Position numbers and translations under genes: made by a program. Below, in pieces: positions 1 through 14,000 of a DNA stretch of 64,000 nt. The stretch's first letter is position 1, and the number at the start of each line of letters is the position of its first letter. The notes beneath the pieces are model-generated. The model did not search any database and was not told where the DNA came from. It saw nothing but the letters and a program-made list of their open reading frames with translations. The stretch lies in assembly GCA_973895155.1 (NCBI GenBank), contig OZ316899.1, positions 13,643,934 to 13,707,933 on the forward strand, in the 5' to 3' direction. The stretch comes from Marsupella aquatica. Taxonomy: Eukaryota > Plantae > Marchantiophyta.

Positions 1-2480
1 TTTACAAAGTGGAAGGCCCAAGTGGAGAATCAGACGGGAAACACAGTTAAGTGTTTGGATACCAGGGTGAAGAGTCTGAGGTCAGACAATGGCGGGGAGT
101 ACACTTCAATAGAATTTAAATAGTACTGTGCAGAATAGGGGATAACTCGCCATCTCACCATAGTTTATACTCCACAACAGAATGGTCTTGTTGAGAGGCT
201 CAATCGAACACTATTGGAGCAGTCAGGAGTATGCTGAGCCAATCAGATAATTTACCACAAGAATTTTGGGCAGAAGCTGTCAATATTGTAACTTATTTAG
301 TAAATATTTCTCCTTCTAGTGCAATCAATTTCAAAACGTCATTTGAAATGCGTTATAAGCGGCAAACAAACTATCATGGCTTGGTAGTTTTTGGAAGTGA
401 TGCATATGCTCTCACACCAAAGAAAAATAGGACCAAGTTGGATCCTACGTCCAGGAAATGTATTTTTCCTGGGTATCAAAGTGGTGTGAAGGCCTATAGG
501 CTATGGGATCCTATTGCCTGTAAGCTTGTTGTCAGTAGGGATGTTTCCTTCAATGAATCTAGATTATTGAAGGAGGGGGAGAATACTCAGGTCTTCCGTA
601 CTGACAAAAGAAAATCTCATATCCCGGATCTCGTTGAGGGGGAGATTGATCATGAAGTGCATGATCGGAGAGAAGGAGGTGCTCCAAGTATGGAGCTGGT
701 TCCTGTGCCAGAGGAACAAGAGGAGTTTGTTGATGTTGGTGAGCAGAAAGTGGATGCTGCTAAGTGTCAAATTGTACCAATAGACGCAATTCAACGGGAG
801 TCATCGGCTAGAAGAATATCTGGTCACACTGTACGCGCTCCTCCTAGGTATGGATAGTGGGTTGATTCATCTCAACTGCAAGAGGATGATTTTGCAATTG
901 ATGATGAGGGTGATGCATTAATTTTGGAAGAAGGGGAACCTTCTTCATTTGATGAGGCAAGTGCTTCAAAGGAGAAGCACAAATGGACTGCAGCAATGCA
1001 AACGGAGATGTAGTCACTGAAGGACAACAAAAATTGGGAGCTTGTTAAGCTGCCTAAGGGTCAGCAAGTGGTGGACAACAAGTGGATATACAAGCTGAAT
1101 GATCAATCTACGGGAGGTGGATCAAAGGTCTACAAGGCTAGGTTGGTAGCGAAGAGATTCACAGAAGAAAAATGTGTGGATTACAATGAGTTCTTCTCAC
1201 CAGTTGCTAAGTACTCAACAATATCGCTATTGTGTGTGCTTGTTGTAATATTTGGTTTGCTGCTAGATCAGATGGATGTTGTCACAACTTTCCTCTATGG
1301 CACCTTGGAACTTCGTGAGATAGCCGCTAGGTTTTGTGAAGAGAGGACAGGATGAACTGGTTTGCAGATTGCTGAAATCCTTGTATGGGTTGAAGCAGTC
1401 ACCAAGATAATGGAACAAGCGGTTTGACGATTGGATTCGCTCACAAGGTTTTCACAAGAGTATGTTTGACCCTTGTGTATATTTGAAACCGGTGAAGAAT
1501 GTTGTCTTTGGATTCATTGTTTTAGTACTTTATGTGGATGACATGCTTATTGCGGCCAAGGATAGGTCTGAGATTGTTAAGCTTAAGGCACTGCCCAGTG
1601 TAGAGTTTAAGATGAAAGACTTAGGGCTAGCTAAGAGGATTTTGGGTATGGAGATCACTAGGGACTTGGAGGCTGGTAAGCTATGGTTGACACATAGCAG
1701 TTATGCGAGGAAGGTAATTGCTAGGTTCAACATGAGGATAGTAAGCCAGTAAGTACCCCTTTGGCTGCACACTTCAAATTGTCATCAGTTTTTTGTCTCA
1801 CAGATGCGACAGAGAAGGGGCTGATGTCAAAGGTTCCTTACGATAAGGCAGTGGGAAGTCTCATGTATTTGATGACTTGCACTAGACCTGATCTTGCCAT
1901 GGCTATGGGCAAGGTGAGCATGTACATGTCGAATCCAGGGAAGGTACACTGGAAAGCAATGAAGTGGATTATCAGGTACTTGAAGGGTACCATGGATCAT
2001 GGTCTTTTATTTGATGCGAATGCAAAGAATTCTAGATCATTGATTGACTATGTAGATTCTGACTATGGACAAGATCTAGACCAAAGGAGATCAACAACAG
2101 GGTACATGTTCACATTTGGCGGTGGATGCATAAGTTGGAGGTCTACTTTGCATAAGTGTATTGCTCAGTCTACTATAGAAGCGGAGTATGTTGCAGCAGC
2201 GGAAGCAGCAAAGGAAGCTACTTGGTTGGATAGACTTATCATTGAAATGGGATTGCCATAGGGGAATGTGAAGCTCCATTGTGATAGTCAGAGTGCGCTC
2301 CACCTTGCTTTGAACTAGGTGATGGATAGTAGAGTGAAGCACATAGACGTCAGGTACCATTTTATCAGACAGACTGTGTCTGATAATTTGTTTGAGCTAG
2401 TCAAGATAGATGGTAAACTCAACCCAGCTGACGTAATTACCAAAGTGACATCGTGACGTGCTGCAGGTTTTGCAATTGCG
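1..2480 (+). pseudogene. Copia pol pseudogene (IN-RT-RH)
   Basis: ORF fragments 231-857, 1068-1355, 1462-1752 and 1761-2261 carry copia motifs and are separated by stops and frameshifts. Confidence 0.92.
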
Positions 2481-2686
2481 TCACAAGTAAGAGTTTTTCT
2501 TAACATTCATTGTAATTACTGATATATGCTCTTTTTCACCCCTAGTAATAGGCTACGGTTTAGTTCTGATTTGCTCTAGTTAGCTAGAGAGGGGAAACCA
2601 TTTTGGTTTTTATCCAGAACTTCCCGCCGAGGAATCATATAGGTTAGCAATATTACCCTCCCCTAGACCAGAGTCAAGGGAGAGAT

Positions 2687-3029
2687 TGTTAGGTATTTAC
2701 TCAAGGTCTAGGGTTATGACATGTAACCGTAGTTAGGCTAACCATAGTCAGAGACATGGTTAGGTTAACTAGGATGCACACTATATGCCAAGTGGTGTTT
2801 GCTTGGATAAGTGGAACTTAGGCTCATTGTTATGGAGCCACTTGAGAGATGAGGAGAGCTTACACTATGGAGACTTGGTATGGCCGATGGGCTTAGAGTT
2901 CAGTAAAGCTCTCTTGTGTGTTCCCATGGACATAGCCTCAAAGAGGTGAACCACGTATCTCTCGTGTCGACTACTTGCGCGTTGGATGTGTCATGTGCTT
3001 ACCGTTGTGATTGTTGTCTATGCTCAACA
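2687..3029 (+). repeat. Probable 3' LTR of the decayed copia
   Basis: Starts TGTTAGG right after the PPT and ends ...CTCAACA where CACTA-like coding sequence begins. The partner LTR is not in the window. Confidence 0.7.
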
Positions 3030-3524
3030 AGATGAGGCGGCACGAGAGGCGGACTATGAGGATGATAGACTCACTGGGGCATCAGGAGAGCGTGGCTTAG
3101 GCTCAGTAGAGCGTTTGCAACTTACAACATTCATGTTGTATGTTGTATAACTAACCAGAGGTTGTAGGGGAGTGGACAACATTTTATGAGGAGGAGAAGC
3201 AAAATAGTCGACGGCCACGGTTATTTCCCAAGTTTCATCCATACATGAAATCAAAGTTGTTAGAAGTGGATGCCTTGGTGGGTATAGGAGACAGTATATT
3301 ACATTATCTACGAGTGACTGATAAGCTTTGTACCTTGGTTCATGGTCCATTGCTTAAAGTCACAACTTGGACGACAATGTGGTCAAAGGGGAGACATTTC
3401 CACGTGGAATGACTTGATGAGAAGAGAGTACCTACACAAGATTGTGGGGTGATGGGTTGGTTCACCCAGGATTCCCAGGGTAGCACATTGGACATGAACC
3501 CCATTTGCTCCACCGTGGCCCATT
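3030..3524 (+). pseudogene. CACTA TnpD-like transposase fragment (start of DUF4216 region)
   Basis: Reads ...GPLLKVTTWTTMWSKGRHFHVE*LDEKRVPTQDCGVMGWF...TVAH and continues in frame at 15443 once MULE A and one TSD copy are removed. Confidence 0.8.
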
Positions 3525-5720
3525 AGGGTATAACGACCGTGACAGTAAACAGTAAAAAGGAAACAAGAAACAACAAAAACTAAACAGTAAAAATGTTCGA
3601 AAACAAGACACACAAATATTGCCAAGATAACATGTAAGATAGAATATTCCCGATATTACTACTGTCCATATGTACATACTGGACTTGCCCCTTATGTTTT
3701 TGAGACAGGATTTTGGTGCGAAGTTTACACTTTTGGTGAAGATTAAGAAGTCAACTACCCGAAATCCCATCTGTTGTCTTCCAAACATTTAGGGTATAGG
3801 GTGTGTCCGAAACAAAGTTCATAAAACCAATGAGGATGGCAACGCAAACTCCGGCTTCCACATAGATATTAAAGTGCGTTTATTGTGAGAAAAATATGTA
3901 CAACTGACTGGGCTCGCAAAACACCAAATTTATTCATAAAAGACAGTCATTCATTACTGAAAAGCTTAACATATTTCCGACCAGCTTGTCCGAGGGTAAT
4001 ACAATGGAAAATTCTAATTGTAAGACTAAGTCAAGAGGTAATCGACAAAAACAACCTTCGATGGCTAAAAACTCAAAACAAATTGAGAGTCCGAGGGATC
4101 ATCCATCCTTCTACATTGTTGGGATGAACGACAGCCCACACAAGCACCGGCCGCTACTCAAAACCATATCATTCTTATCTAAAGATCCAAGATCTTCCCC
4201 TCTCACGATCCAGGATCGCTGAACATATTGCTGACCGGCTTGTCCGAGGGTAATACAATGGAAAATCTTCACTGACGAATATGAACTCAATGTCACTAAG
4301 GCTAGAAACTCAATCCAAACTTAGAGTCCGAGGGATCGCCTCCGCAATATGACTGCCCATGTTAGCGTCGGGCGCTACTCAAAACTATGGCGCCCTTCTC
4401 AAGATCCAGGATTGCACGAAGATCCACATTCATCATCCACCCCTGCTTTCGCTCTATAGCGATCTTGCTGAAAACCAAATGTGCGAAATCGGGAATATCG
4501 TTGACTCGGAAGTCTTCGAGCTGGAACTGAGGAAGAAGGACCTAGACAATTTGTGTCGTGGAAATCGACACACCCAAGGAACTCCGCAATGCGCACTTCA
4601 ACTTCCCAATCAATATTCGTCGATGGATCTTGGGGAGTGGGATAGTGAATTGAGAAACGTTCCTGAAATGGTCTAGGGGGAGAATCAAGAAGCCATGGAA
4701 TGTTTCAATCCCCAGGACTCATCCCTTCATCACGAGGCAAGAAAAGACGATTTTGAATGTCCGATGTCTCCATCATGACACTCTCATTGTCCACAATGGA
4801 TGTGGATGAAAGATTAGTTTCCAATTGCGCCACCAACAACGGGACATGGCGTGGTGGCCTTGCGCCCCTACCATTACCAACATTCAGGACTCCATGCTCC
4901 ATCGCTCTGGAATCAGGATGGAATGACTCACTTTCTTCAAAAAATGCGAAATGAGGAACAGGAAAGGAAAAAAGCACTGTAAACCCAAAACTCTCTCTAT
5001 GAACAATGTCCGAAAAGTTTTGGGGATACAGAAGTGGATCTCATTCCTTGTATAGGCGTAGTTACCGGTGGGAAGGGCCCAATGCCAATGAGGAGGAAAC
5101 AAATCCGATAGAATCGACAAGAATTCCAATGGTAACAATCCCTGACAACGGATCCAAAGACCTGCACAAGAGACAATTTGGTTAACGCCAGGCGCTATCA
5201 AAGTGAAACAGTAATTGTCATCACTGATGGACGAGAACATAAAAGACTGGGAAACAAATCTGGCGTTGACTGTGTCTTTTGAAAAGGCCGACAATTCAAA
5301 TATATAAAAATTAAGGTTAAGGGTTTCCCATTTTTACCCCTAACAACGGGAGAAAATAGTCATTTAATGGCAGTAGTCGAAGCCGACCAACGACCACTGG
5401 ACAATATCTACTGCCTATCAATAGACTCCAACGGTAACAAGATCCGCGATACACACCTTTTTGGCTAACGCCCGACGCTAACAAAAACTCACAAAAAATT
5501 GGCTAACGCCTGGCGCTATCCAACATAGGTCCCAAGAATTCAAAATATTCCCTCCAATCTAGGTCAAAATAATCCAATGATTTTCTGTATAAGTCTCTAA
5601 AACTCTAGACTTATAGAGATTCCAGATTCAATAGAACTTGAACCTCACCAATGACGCAAATAAACCGAGAACATAGTATTTATTATATGTGGATTCTTGA
5701 AATTGGTTTACAATGAAATT

Positions 5721-8700
5721 CTAATCGGAGGACTCTGCCTCACTACTCTCGGACCTATCGGTAGATTCCGCCTCATCGTCCACAAACTCACTTCTACAAA
5801 TGTCATCCACAAACCTCCTCACCAAAAACTTCCTATCACAACCTCTCCTTAGACGAAGGCCCTTCGTTTCCCAAGACAATGTTTGGCACCTCTCAACTTT
5901 TCTGGCCGCCTTCTCTGCGTATGATGGAAGGATAAATGGTTTTTCTGGTGTCATCTCCAATGCTTCAGCAATCGTTTTTTGAAGGTCAAACCTTCTCCGC
6001 ATATTCCACTCCGACCTGAAAGTTTTCATAGATATTAAAAATCTGTACATGTAAAAATATCTTATTGAAAACAGTCGTGGATTTGGATCGGGCTTACGAG
6101 CATTACTGAGAAGACTCCTCATCCTCGGATTCAGATTCTGATCCCAAAGGATTTCTCTTCTCTTCCTCGTCATCTCCAAGATCGACGACAGGAACATCTT
6201 CCTCATCAGGTTCCCCAGCAACATCCGGCTCGCTTTCTTCATAATCAAAGTTTAAAATTGATCTAACTCTGTCCAACTTCTCTTTCCCCTTCCTTGAGAT
6301 TGTCTTTTCCGGAGTCAAAGTTGACTTTGGCTCCAAAATGTCATCTAGCATAAATCTTGCAGCAGTCACAAACTCTTGCCGCCCTTCGACACCAATAACA
6401 AATCTACCACAATAGTCTCCCGCCACAAATGAACTTCCCGAACAAGCGGTCCAGTCAATGAAAATATCCCCACGACAGGAGATGAGCTCTATGACAGATT
6501 GCATAAACCCAACTGCGAGCCTTCCGTTTCCACAGGCCGCAAGGTCTGGCATTGGATCAGTCTCTAAAGACGGAAGTCCTATAAGATTTGTAACAGAGGG
6601 ATCTTCGGAGGGTGACAATGGACGAAACTTGGGGTCTTTGGGGATTGAAGTTTTGCTTGAAACACGGCCAAATATATCCAACCTCAGTGTGAAGATCTGA
6701 AAAACAAAATAATAGTGAGGTCGTGGTAAACAGTTTCAACTAGCATAGTGATACATAATATTAGCGCCTGGCGCTGGCCAAAAAGTAATGAAGATAATTC
6801 TTACCTGAGTATCAGACTTAGGTTTGTACATAGGAAACCCCATGATGACTGTATGTGAGGCAATACAGGAAAACTTATGAGATTGTTGGCATGCAGATAT
6901 TACTTCCGAAATCTGATCGTACTCTCTAGTGTGAAGAATAGCCAGAAGTCCATCGTCAAAAAGGAAAGGGTCCATTGCGCTAAAAAAAGCCAATGGAAGA
7001 GAGTGGTCTTGCAAATTCCATTTGGGTACTTTTTTGTCTAGAAGAGATGGTCTCAACCCAGTTGGCAAATAGAGAAAGCCGACATCGACACCAAATGCCC
7101 TAACTTTACCCCCTCTGATTACCCCCTTCGCACGGGATCCCGACTTAACCAGATTTTTACCCCAACTCTCAACCCGACCAACCCATGATGGCTTCTCTTC
7201 CCGCTTGAACACACTCTTGTAGAAGTCTGCCAAGGTGGACTCCACAAATGTATGTCTCGATTTATTCCCCTTGAAGTCTCCCACATTCCGTTGTAAACCA
7301 ATCGCTGCAAGCGTTTCCCGCTGAGAACCCGCGGACGTAGAAACACGACGCTTCTTCTTCCTCCTTATGCTTGGTTGCATCCACGGGTGGAACACTCACA
7401 TCCTCAGGCGTTGCCGACCCTTCAGGCGGCTCCTTATCCTTCCCGACACTAATTTCACAAGAGGCCTCTGGTGTTGCAGTTCCAGCATTATTAGAAACCA
7501 ATCCCGCATCTGATTTTCGAGACCCTGCTAAAAAATGAAATTGTGGTTAATAATAGCGTCGGGCGCTAGCTAACATTATGCTTCGACAACTAGACAGAAA
7601 TAGAAAAACAAACATAGGAACTCACTCTTTTGGGTCTCTTTATGAGATCCACTTGGGGTTGTTTCTTGCTTGGCTTTCGCTCTGGGTTTCCGACTCCTTG
7701 CAACTTGGACGACTCGGGTCTCGCAAATCCTTTGTAGCTCTATGGCCGATCGATCGATCTCTTCATTGGTTGCTTGCTTCATCTTCGACAAAATATTCCT
7801 TGGAACTATATTCTTTGATAACTTCTGGAAAGCATCTTTCTCCGTATCATCAAATGGGGAACTCCACTGTGTCAAGATACCATGGACAATGCAAAACCTC
7901 CCAGTTTGTCATCTTCCTTGGGGGAAACTTCCCTTCTGCTGGGTACATCAAGTACCCAAGAAAGTCCCCAGACGCTTCAGACCTTGAAATTACAACGGCC
8001 CACTTTTGAAAGGCACCAGGATAGGCCCAAAAATAGGAAGGGTCACTCCTCTCCATTTTCATGTAATATCGATACAAATATCTCTTTGCTCTCTTGCGGT
8101 TGATATCACTCAAATCCTCCTTATCAGCGTACTTGGATTCCCAAATGTTGTTGAAGAACTTGGCCCTTACGGAATCACCGTACTTTCTAAAATCCTCTAA
8201 AATCACTTCCCTCAACTTCTCAAATGTCATGACCTCTCCGCCTAGTGTTGAAAGACGTTGTTCTATGCACGAAGCCATAACTTCGTTCAAAGACACATCT
8301 AAGAGAGCAGTGGCTATCCCCTCAATTGTATTCCAAACATGCCAGGTGTGACACCACTGCTTGACGGGGTCATCAGAAATGCCAAAGGGATGAAAAACTG
8401 TTTCCGTAAGTCAGGAGTACAATGAGCAACGAGAAGTGTACTTTGCAGCTTTGGATCTAATGCCGAATTGGCAGTGAACAAGCGAGCTCTATCCATCATG
8501 CAGAATACGGCGTCAGGGACCTTCTCGTGTTTCAGCCGATCAGTAAGACTATACATTTCGGCACAAGTGTCCATGAAATCTTCAAACTCTAGGCTTAGCA
8601 AGGAAGTGAGCTTCGGTGTTTTCACGGTCCACTCCTTAGTTGCTTCCTTCATCATCTGATTGTGACAAAGACTGGTCTCTTCGACAAACCACGGTGCACC

Positions 8701-9805
8701 AGAATTGCTCGCCTGGGTCTTCATCACCTGGAACTGCTGCGAGTAGGACTTGATCTTATTCTCACACAGGATATAGACCAAAGCCTCCAGTGGCATCTTC
8801 TTAGTAAACCAAGAACCTTTTCGGGTCCCTTTCCGAGTCTTCTCAAATTTGGCATAATTCGCTTCATCTATGATGGGTTTATAATATTCAAGATCATGTG
8901 CTAAAATCCTCCTGATTTTGTCCGCATCCAAAATTCAAGAAGACTCTACAACTGCTTGCCCCGTCCTGTGAAATTCAGCATATTAGAAATAGCGCCTGGC
9001 GCTAACATAGACCCTTAAACCAGAAAGAACATTCAATGCACAGACAGAAACTGAGAAATTTGAGAGTTTCAATCATTGGTGAGAGACAACTCACTGGTTC
9101 ACAATGTGCATCGCTGCTTCAATCTCGATGATAGATTCCTTGTCCCCCTTAAATATTGTGCATTGCACTCGAGGATGATACTTTGGATTCTCTGGGCTCT
9201 CACTAGTAACTTGTGTCCACGAAAATAGTTGATGATTCCCATCAAAAATTGAGAACATTTTGTCCTTGAGGACCAAGAAAGCGGGGTCTACTTCACATTC
9301 GGCTTCAAACAATTGGTTCTCCGCAACCCAAATCGGATCCCAGGTGCTCCGAATTTCATCTGTACACAACTGTGGAGCACCTTTGGTGTTGGAAGGTTGG
9401 ACAAAAAACCGCATGCCTATGGACAAAATAGTACCCAGATGTCCTGAAGGAGTCCTTCAGCTTCTCGATTGATTGACTATTCCTTTGAAGAGTGCGGACG
9501 ACCTCCATATGAACGAGACGGCATAACGGAATCCGCGGTGGCTCCTTCGGTAATCCATTCGCATCAACGCCAAACAACATGACGTGCTTTTCTATCACAT
9601 CGACCACTGATTTCTCAATATCTTTGGCGTTCTGGACAGCAAACTCACCGACCTGCTCCATTTTTGCTCGCCTTGGTTTTGGACACGGAAGCTCTACCTG
9701 ACTGAGGGGATATTGCGCAGTGGAACGAGTTATCCTTCGACTCGAAACACAACTAGAATACGACGACTTTGAAGACTGAGAATGGTTTGGTGACCCAGAT
9801 CCCAT
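5721..9805 (-). pseudogene. Spliced ParB/Srx-like domain plus N6A/N4C methyltransferase-like fusion gene (copy A)
   Basis: N-terminal PPRIPLCRL..VVR..IEKLKDSFRTSGY..FSIFDGNHQ. C-terminal VDVGFLYLPTG..FLFDDGLLAILH and FMQSVIELISCRGDIFIDWTACSGSSFVAGDYCGRFVIGVE. Predicted GT-AG introns ~9094-8966, 7625-7525, 6804-6697 and 6106-6044. Frameshifts and stops present. Confidence 0.75.
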
Positions 9806-10229
9806 TTCGTTATACTCTCCCACCCACCGTGTTGCGATGCACTCCTATGCAAGTTGGAATCGTACGGGAGTTCAGTTAGGAATTATTTGGGAATTTGGAG
9901 ACACTTACTTGTGTGGAGCTCCTGTACGTCTGCGAGCAACCATACCAACGCAATTGAGGCAAATCTTCCACACCTGAAACAACTTTGGAAAGCCCGAAGT
10001 ACCTTCAATGTACTGCCGTTGGAAATATTTGCGATGGCATACTCAACCGAGAAGGGTATCTAAGGTCTGGAGGACCGTTAAACAAATAAGCGTATAGAGG
10101 TCAAACTCAACAAACACCTGGAGAAGATTGGACCGTTGATTAAGTCTCAGATGGATCAACGGAGTTGTGTGAAGGTATCCGTTGAAGTTACCGTTACTAA
10201 ACCCCTAGGATACAAATGGATCCAGCCAG

Positions 10230-10905
10230 CGAAAGAGCCACATATACCCGTTCAAGTTACCATTGAATCATAGGTGTTCCATAGATAGCGCCCGACGCTA
10301 GCATTGGGGGTTATATTTATGGGGACATTGTCGTCTCCAATCGATCATATAGATCAAAATAATTTCCCATATGAAACACATTTTGGCACGCTTACTTTAC
10401 TAGCGCCCGGCGCTAGCGAAAGATCCCAATATATACGTTCAAGTTACCGTTTAATAATGAGTCGACGATAGATAGCGCCCGGTGTTAGCAAAAAGGTCTC
10501 ATATATCCGTTCAAGTGACCGTTTAAGATTGGGTCTTCGATAGATAGCACCCGGCGCTAGCATTGGGGTTATCTTTATGTGAACAATGTCATTTCTATTA
10601 GGTCCAATTTAGAAAAATAATTTCCCATCTGAACCACATTTTGACACTCTTACTTTACTAGCGCCAGGCGCTAGCCAAATATCCCAACCTATATCCGTTC
10701 AGGTTACCGTTTAATAATGGGTCTTGATTAGATAGTGCCTGGCGCTAGCATTGGGGGATTATCTTCATAGATGATATTTGAGTCAAACTTTTCCACTCGT
10801 ACTTTGCTAGCGCCTGGCGCTAGCGAAAGAGTCCACTCAAAGAAACTCTCAATTGTTTCACGACAAACCAAAACATTATAGACATTGGATAGCGCTAGGC
10901 GCTAC
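10230..10905. repeat. Hierarchical tandem array between the divergent genes of element A, with 8 TAGCGCCNGGCGCTA palindromes
   Basis: ~70-bp subunits (CCGTTCAAGTTACCGTT...GATAGCGCC) within ~260-bp higher-order units. Confidence 0.85.
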
Positions 10906-11022
10906 CATTCAAAAATTCATTGAATTGATATGAATTATGTTCACTTATGATACAATATTTCATAGACAATCAAATTGTAATGCCGTTAGAAAATGACAAA
11001 TATTCATTGATGGCCGGCCATT

Positions 11023-14000
11023 TTGTTGTACTTTCAATGGTTCAATTCATCCCAAATGAATTGTCCGAAACCAAAATTCAGGAAATCATTCTCGATGGAT
11101 TTGCTAATTGTAATCTCTCGCTCTCCGCCTGGAGACCTAGTGTCAATCCCTCTCCCAAGTCCTAAGAAACATGATCATATTTCCGAGGAATTTCTTGCCA
11201 CCAGGTTTGGAATCCTTGGTGTGAGTATACGCAGAATCGTGATCTCGGGATCAGATGAGGTTGTTGATGCTCATGTCACTGGAGGAGTTCGGCACTGGAG
11301 ATTGTGCGGTGGTGTGAGGTATGACATTGTTAGTTTAGGGAAATTTGAGGTACCATCCTTGTCGTCAAAGGATATGATGAAAGTAGATTTGATTGACCTT
11401 TCAGATAGTAGTGATGATCAAGACATTTCAAAGATTCCTGTTCCTCAAAACAATGTGAAAATGGAGGAAATGGATGTGTTGACGAAGGGTGCCAATTTGA
11501 TTGTCTACCGGAGGAGTGCGCTTGATACGATTCTACAATCAAAAGGTCACAGTGAGATCTCTAGATTCATGCGAAGGAATGATTACACATTTGAGCAAGT
11601 AACAAGCTTGCCTGGAACGTACAATGGGAATGTTGTTTTTGAGTTGCCTCCTATTGTTGGAGTTTGTTCAAAAGGTGAATGTCTCCGAGACATGGATCGG
11701 GGAAAAGACTGTTACTATTGGACTCGGATTGTCACAACTTCCGCAAATGTTGTCCCCAAAAAGATGTGGGATTTTGGGAAAGTGTTTTGCACCGGTTCTC
11801 TAGAATGTCGTAACAATTCATGTGAGTTCTAGATCGAACATGAAAGGAGGAATGCGCGGTTTTGGGGGAAAATTCCTAAGCTTTCCGGTCCGCACATTGT
11901 CGGGAAACTCATTCCTGAAGGCGGGATTGTTTGTCATTATTGTTCGGAGCGTCCATTTTGCGTTGAATCATGTCCAGCCATGATGTTCTACATGTACACA
12001 TCTTCCAAAGTTGAAGCGGAATCCGCTAAGCATATGTCACGTCTTGCTATTCACATGGGATTTCATAATCATCCTAGCAAGCAAGTGTTTTCCAGAGAGG
12101 CTGAAAAGGTGGCAAAGATACACTTGGAGAAAAGTTTGAGTTTGAATTCGCGTGCAACTGCTTTGGGTATGAAGAACACAGTCACCGAATCTCTTTTTAA
12201 AGCGATGTGTGAGTCATCGGTGAAGGATATGATCCCAATAGAAGAGACAGAGATTTTTGAATCTCTTCAGGTGATCTCAACCCCTCAAAAATTTGTGAAT
12301 CTTCTCAGAAGTATCCGTCAAGACCAAAAAGGAAGAGGGGAACTGGAATTTCTGGTTAGCATGCAAAATAACATTTCCTTCCCTTTTCTTCAAAGGTTCT
12401 TGTTGCCCGGGCAAGGATGCCGAGATGAAAGTGCGCACATTTTCAAAATATCCATTAAGGGTGAAGGCTCTGGTCTGGATCTTCTTTGAAGGATGACCCC
12501 CGGAGGGCCTCTTGAGGGTGCTTGGGTAAGTTTTGATGTGATGCATCGAATGACTAAGGATTGGCTTACATTCAGTGTCCATGTTTATGACCATAACTAT
12601 CGTGCACTTTGCACGATATTCACTTGCGAGTTGCGAGCAGAAGATACAAAAACACTTGAGAGGGCTTGGCGTCTAATGTTGGAGGTAGCGGCTGAGAATG
12701 GTCTTGAGAATGTACACATTCATGGTTTCATGGCGGACAATGCTCAAGCAGGTTGGAATGCTGTCAGGAATGTGTTCTTTGAGGGAATACCGAATCCTGA
12801 ACGTGAACAATCAGATGCGTTTCATTTCTTCCAGTCATTTCGGAGACACTCAATCGAAGGCATTCATGAGGGAAAGCAGGGTGAACATCGTGCCCTTTGG
12901 GATAGGTTGCAGAATGCAGAATCATTTATTGAGGCATATCGTATTTCGAGAGAAATTGATGCGTGGTGGAGGGCTGGTAATTGTTACCCTGGGAAATTAT
13001 GAATGTTGCAAGGTTGGATATCTTGGTGGGTGGTCCGATGGCGCCAATGGGGGAACTTTATCAGATTGGTGAGTTTTCTAAACACTTGTTGGTTAGCGCC
13101 TGGCGCTAGTCATACTCGTTCTACTCTACAGGCATTAGTACTATTGAGGGTCTCTAGGCTAGCGCCTGGTGCTACTCATACTGGTTCTACTCTATAGCCA
13201 TTAGTACTGTTGAGGGTCTCTAGGCTAGCGCCTGGCGCTACACAAAAAGGTAATACTTGATATCCTGTACAAGCATTCAGGGTTCTATTTTATATTTCTT
13301 GGCGCTATTGAACTCTCTAAAGTTGTTTCCTGCTTTCTGTAGAGCAAGAGTGCAGAAGAAGCAGCGATGATTCCAAATTGTGGTAGATCCGAGTCGTCTC
13401 ACGCGTCGATGATTGCTTGGCAAACCAAGAAGAAGGTTGGCATCTTAGAAGGGTGTGAAACAGATCAGAACAGGGCGATATCTCAAATTGCCGCCTATAC
13501 GACTTACAAAAGGGATTGAACAGAGGGAATGGTCCAACTGTGTTTGAGTTGGCTTTCCGATCTGCTGATCTAGCGGGGTCCCCATGGTTGTTTGAAGAGG
13601 CTTTGAACCTTTTCCTTTCCAATGCGGCTGAATTCGATTTGGAAAGGAGTTCACCTTTGAACGGGGATGTTGTTACACGATCAGTAAAGAGGAAAGGCCA
13701 TGCTACTGGAAACGTCTGCGCTCAAGACTCCCACAGGCACAATACTGTCCTCATTACAACTCCAAACACCCGAGGTTTCAAGCAAAGAAATCTAAATAGA
13801 ACTGATTTTTTGCCCATTCAATTTGAACCTCTAGTCCAAGATAGTGAAGTCGTCAATCTTACAGAGAGCGATTGTTCCGATAGCCTTAACGAGCGGACGC
13901 CTCCTCCTCCAATGCAAACGAGGTCATCGGTGACTCCAATTACTCCCCCAGTATATGTTGTTCAGGAAGAAACCCCGCCTGTGTTAGAGGCCAGTGTTCC

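Larger units (their letters stand above)
1..3029 (+). mobile_element. Decayed Ty1/copia LTR retrotransposon; 5' part lies outside the window
   Basis: Integrase core (LRSDNGGEY, PQQNG..ERLNRTL), RT (LDQMDVVTTFLYG, LYVDDMLI) and RNase H (YVDSDY, EAEYVAA) in copia order, with many stops and frameshifts. PPT AAGGGAGAGAT precedes a TG..CA 3' LTR. Confidence 0.93.

Noticed and set aside
5721-9805. Bacterial contamination or prophage as the source of the ParB-methylase sequence
   Set aside because: The gene has GT-AG introns and lies within a TSD-bounded plant transposon nested in a CACTA gene.
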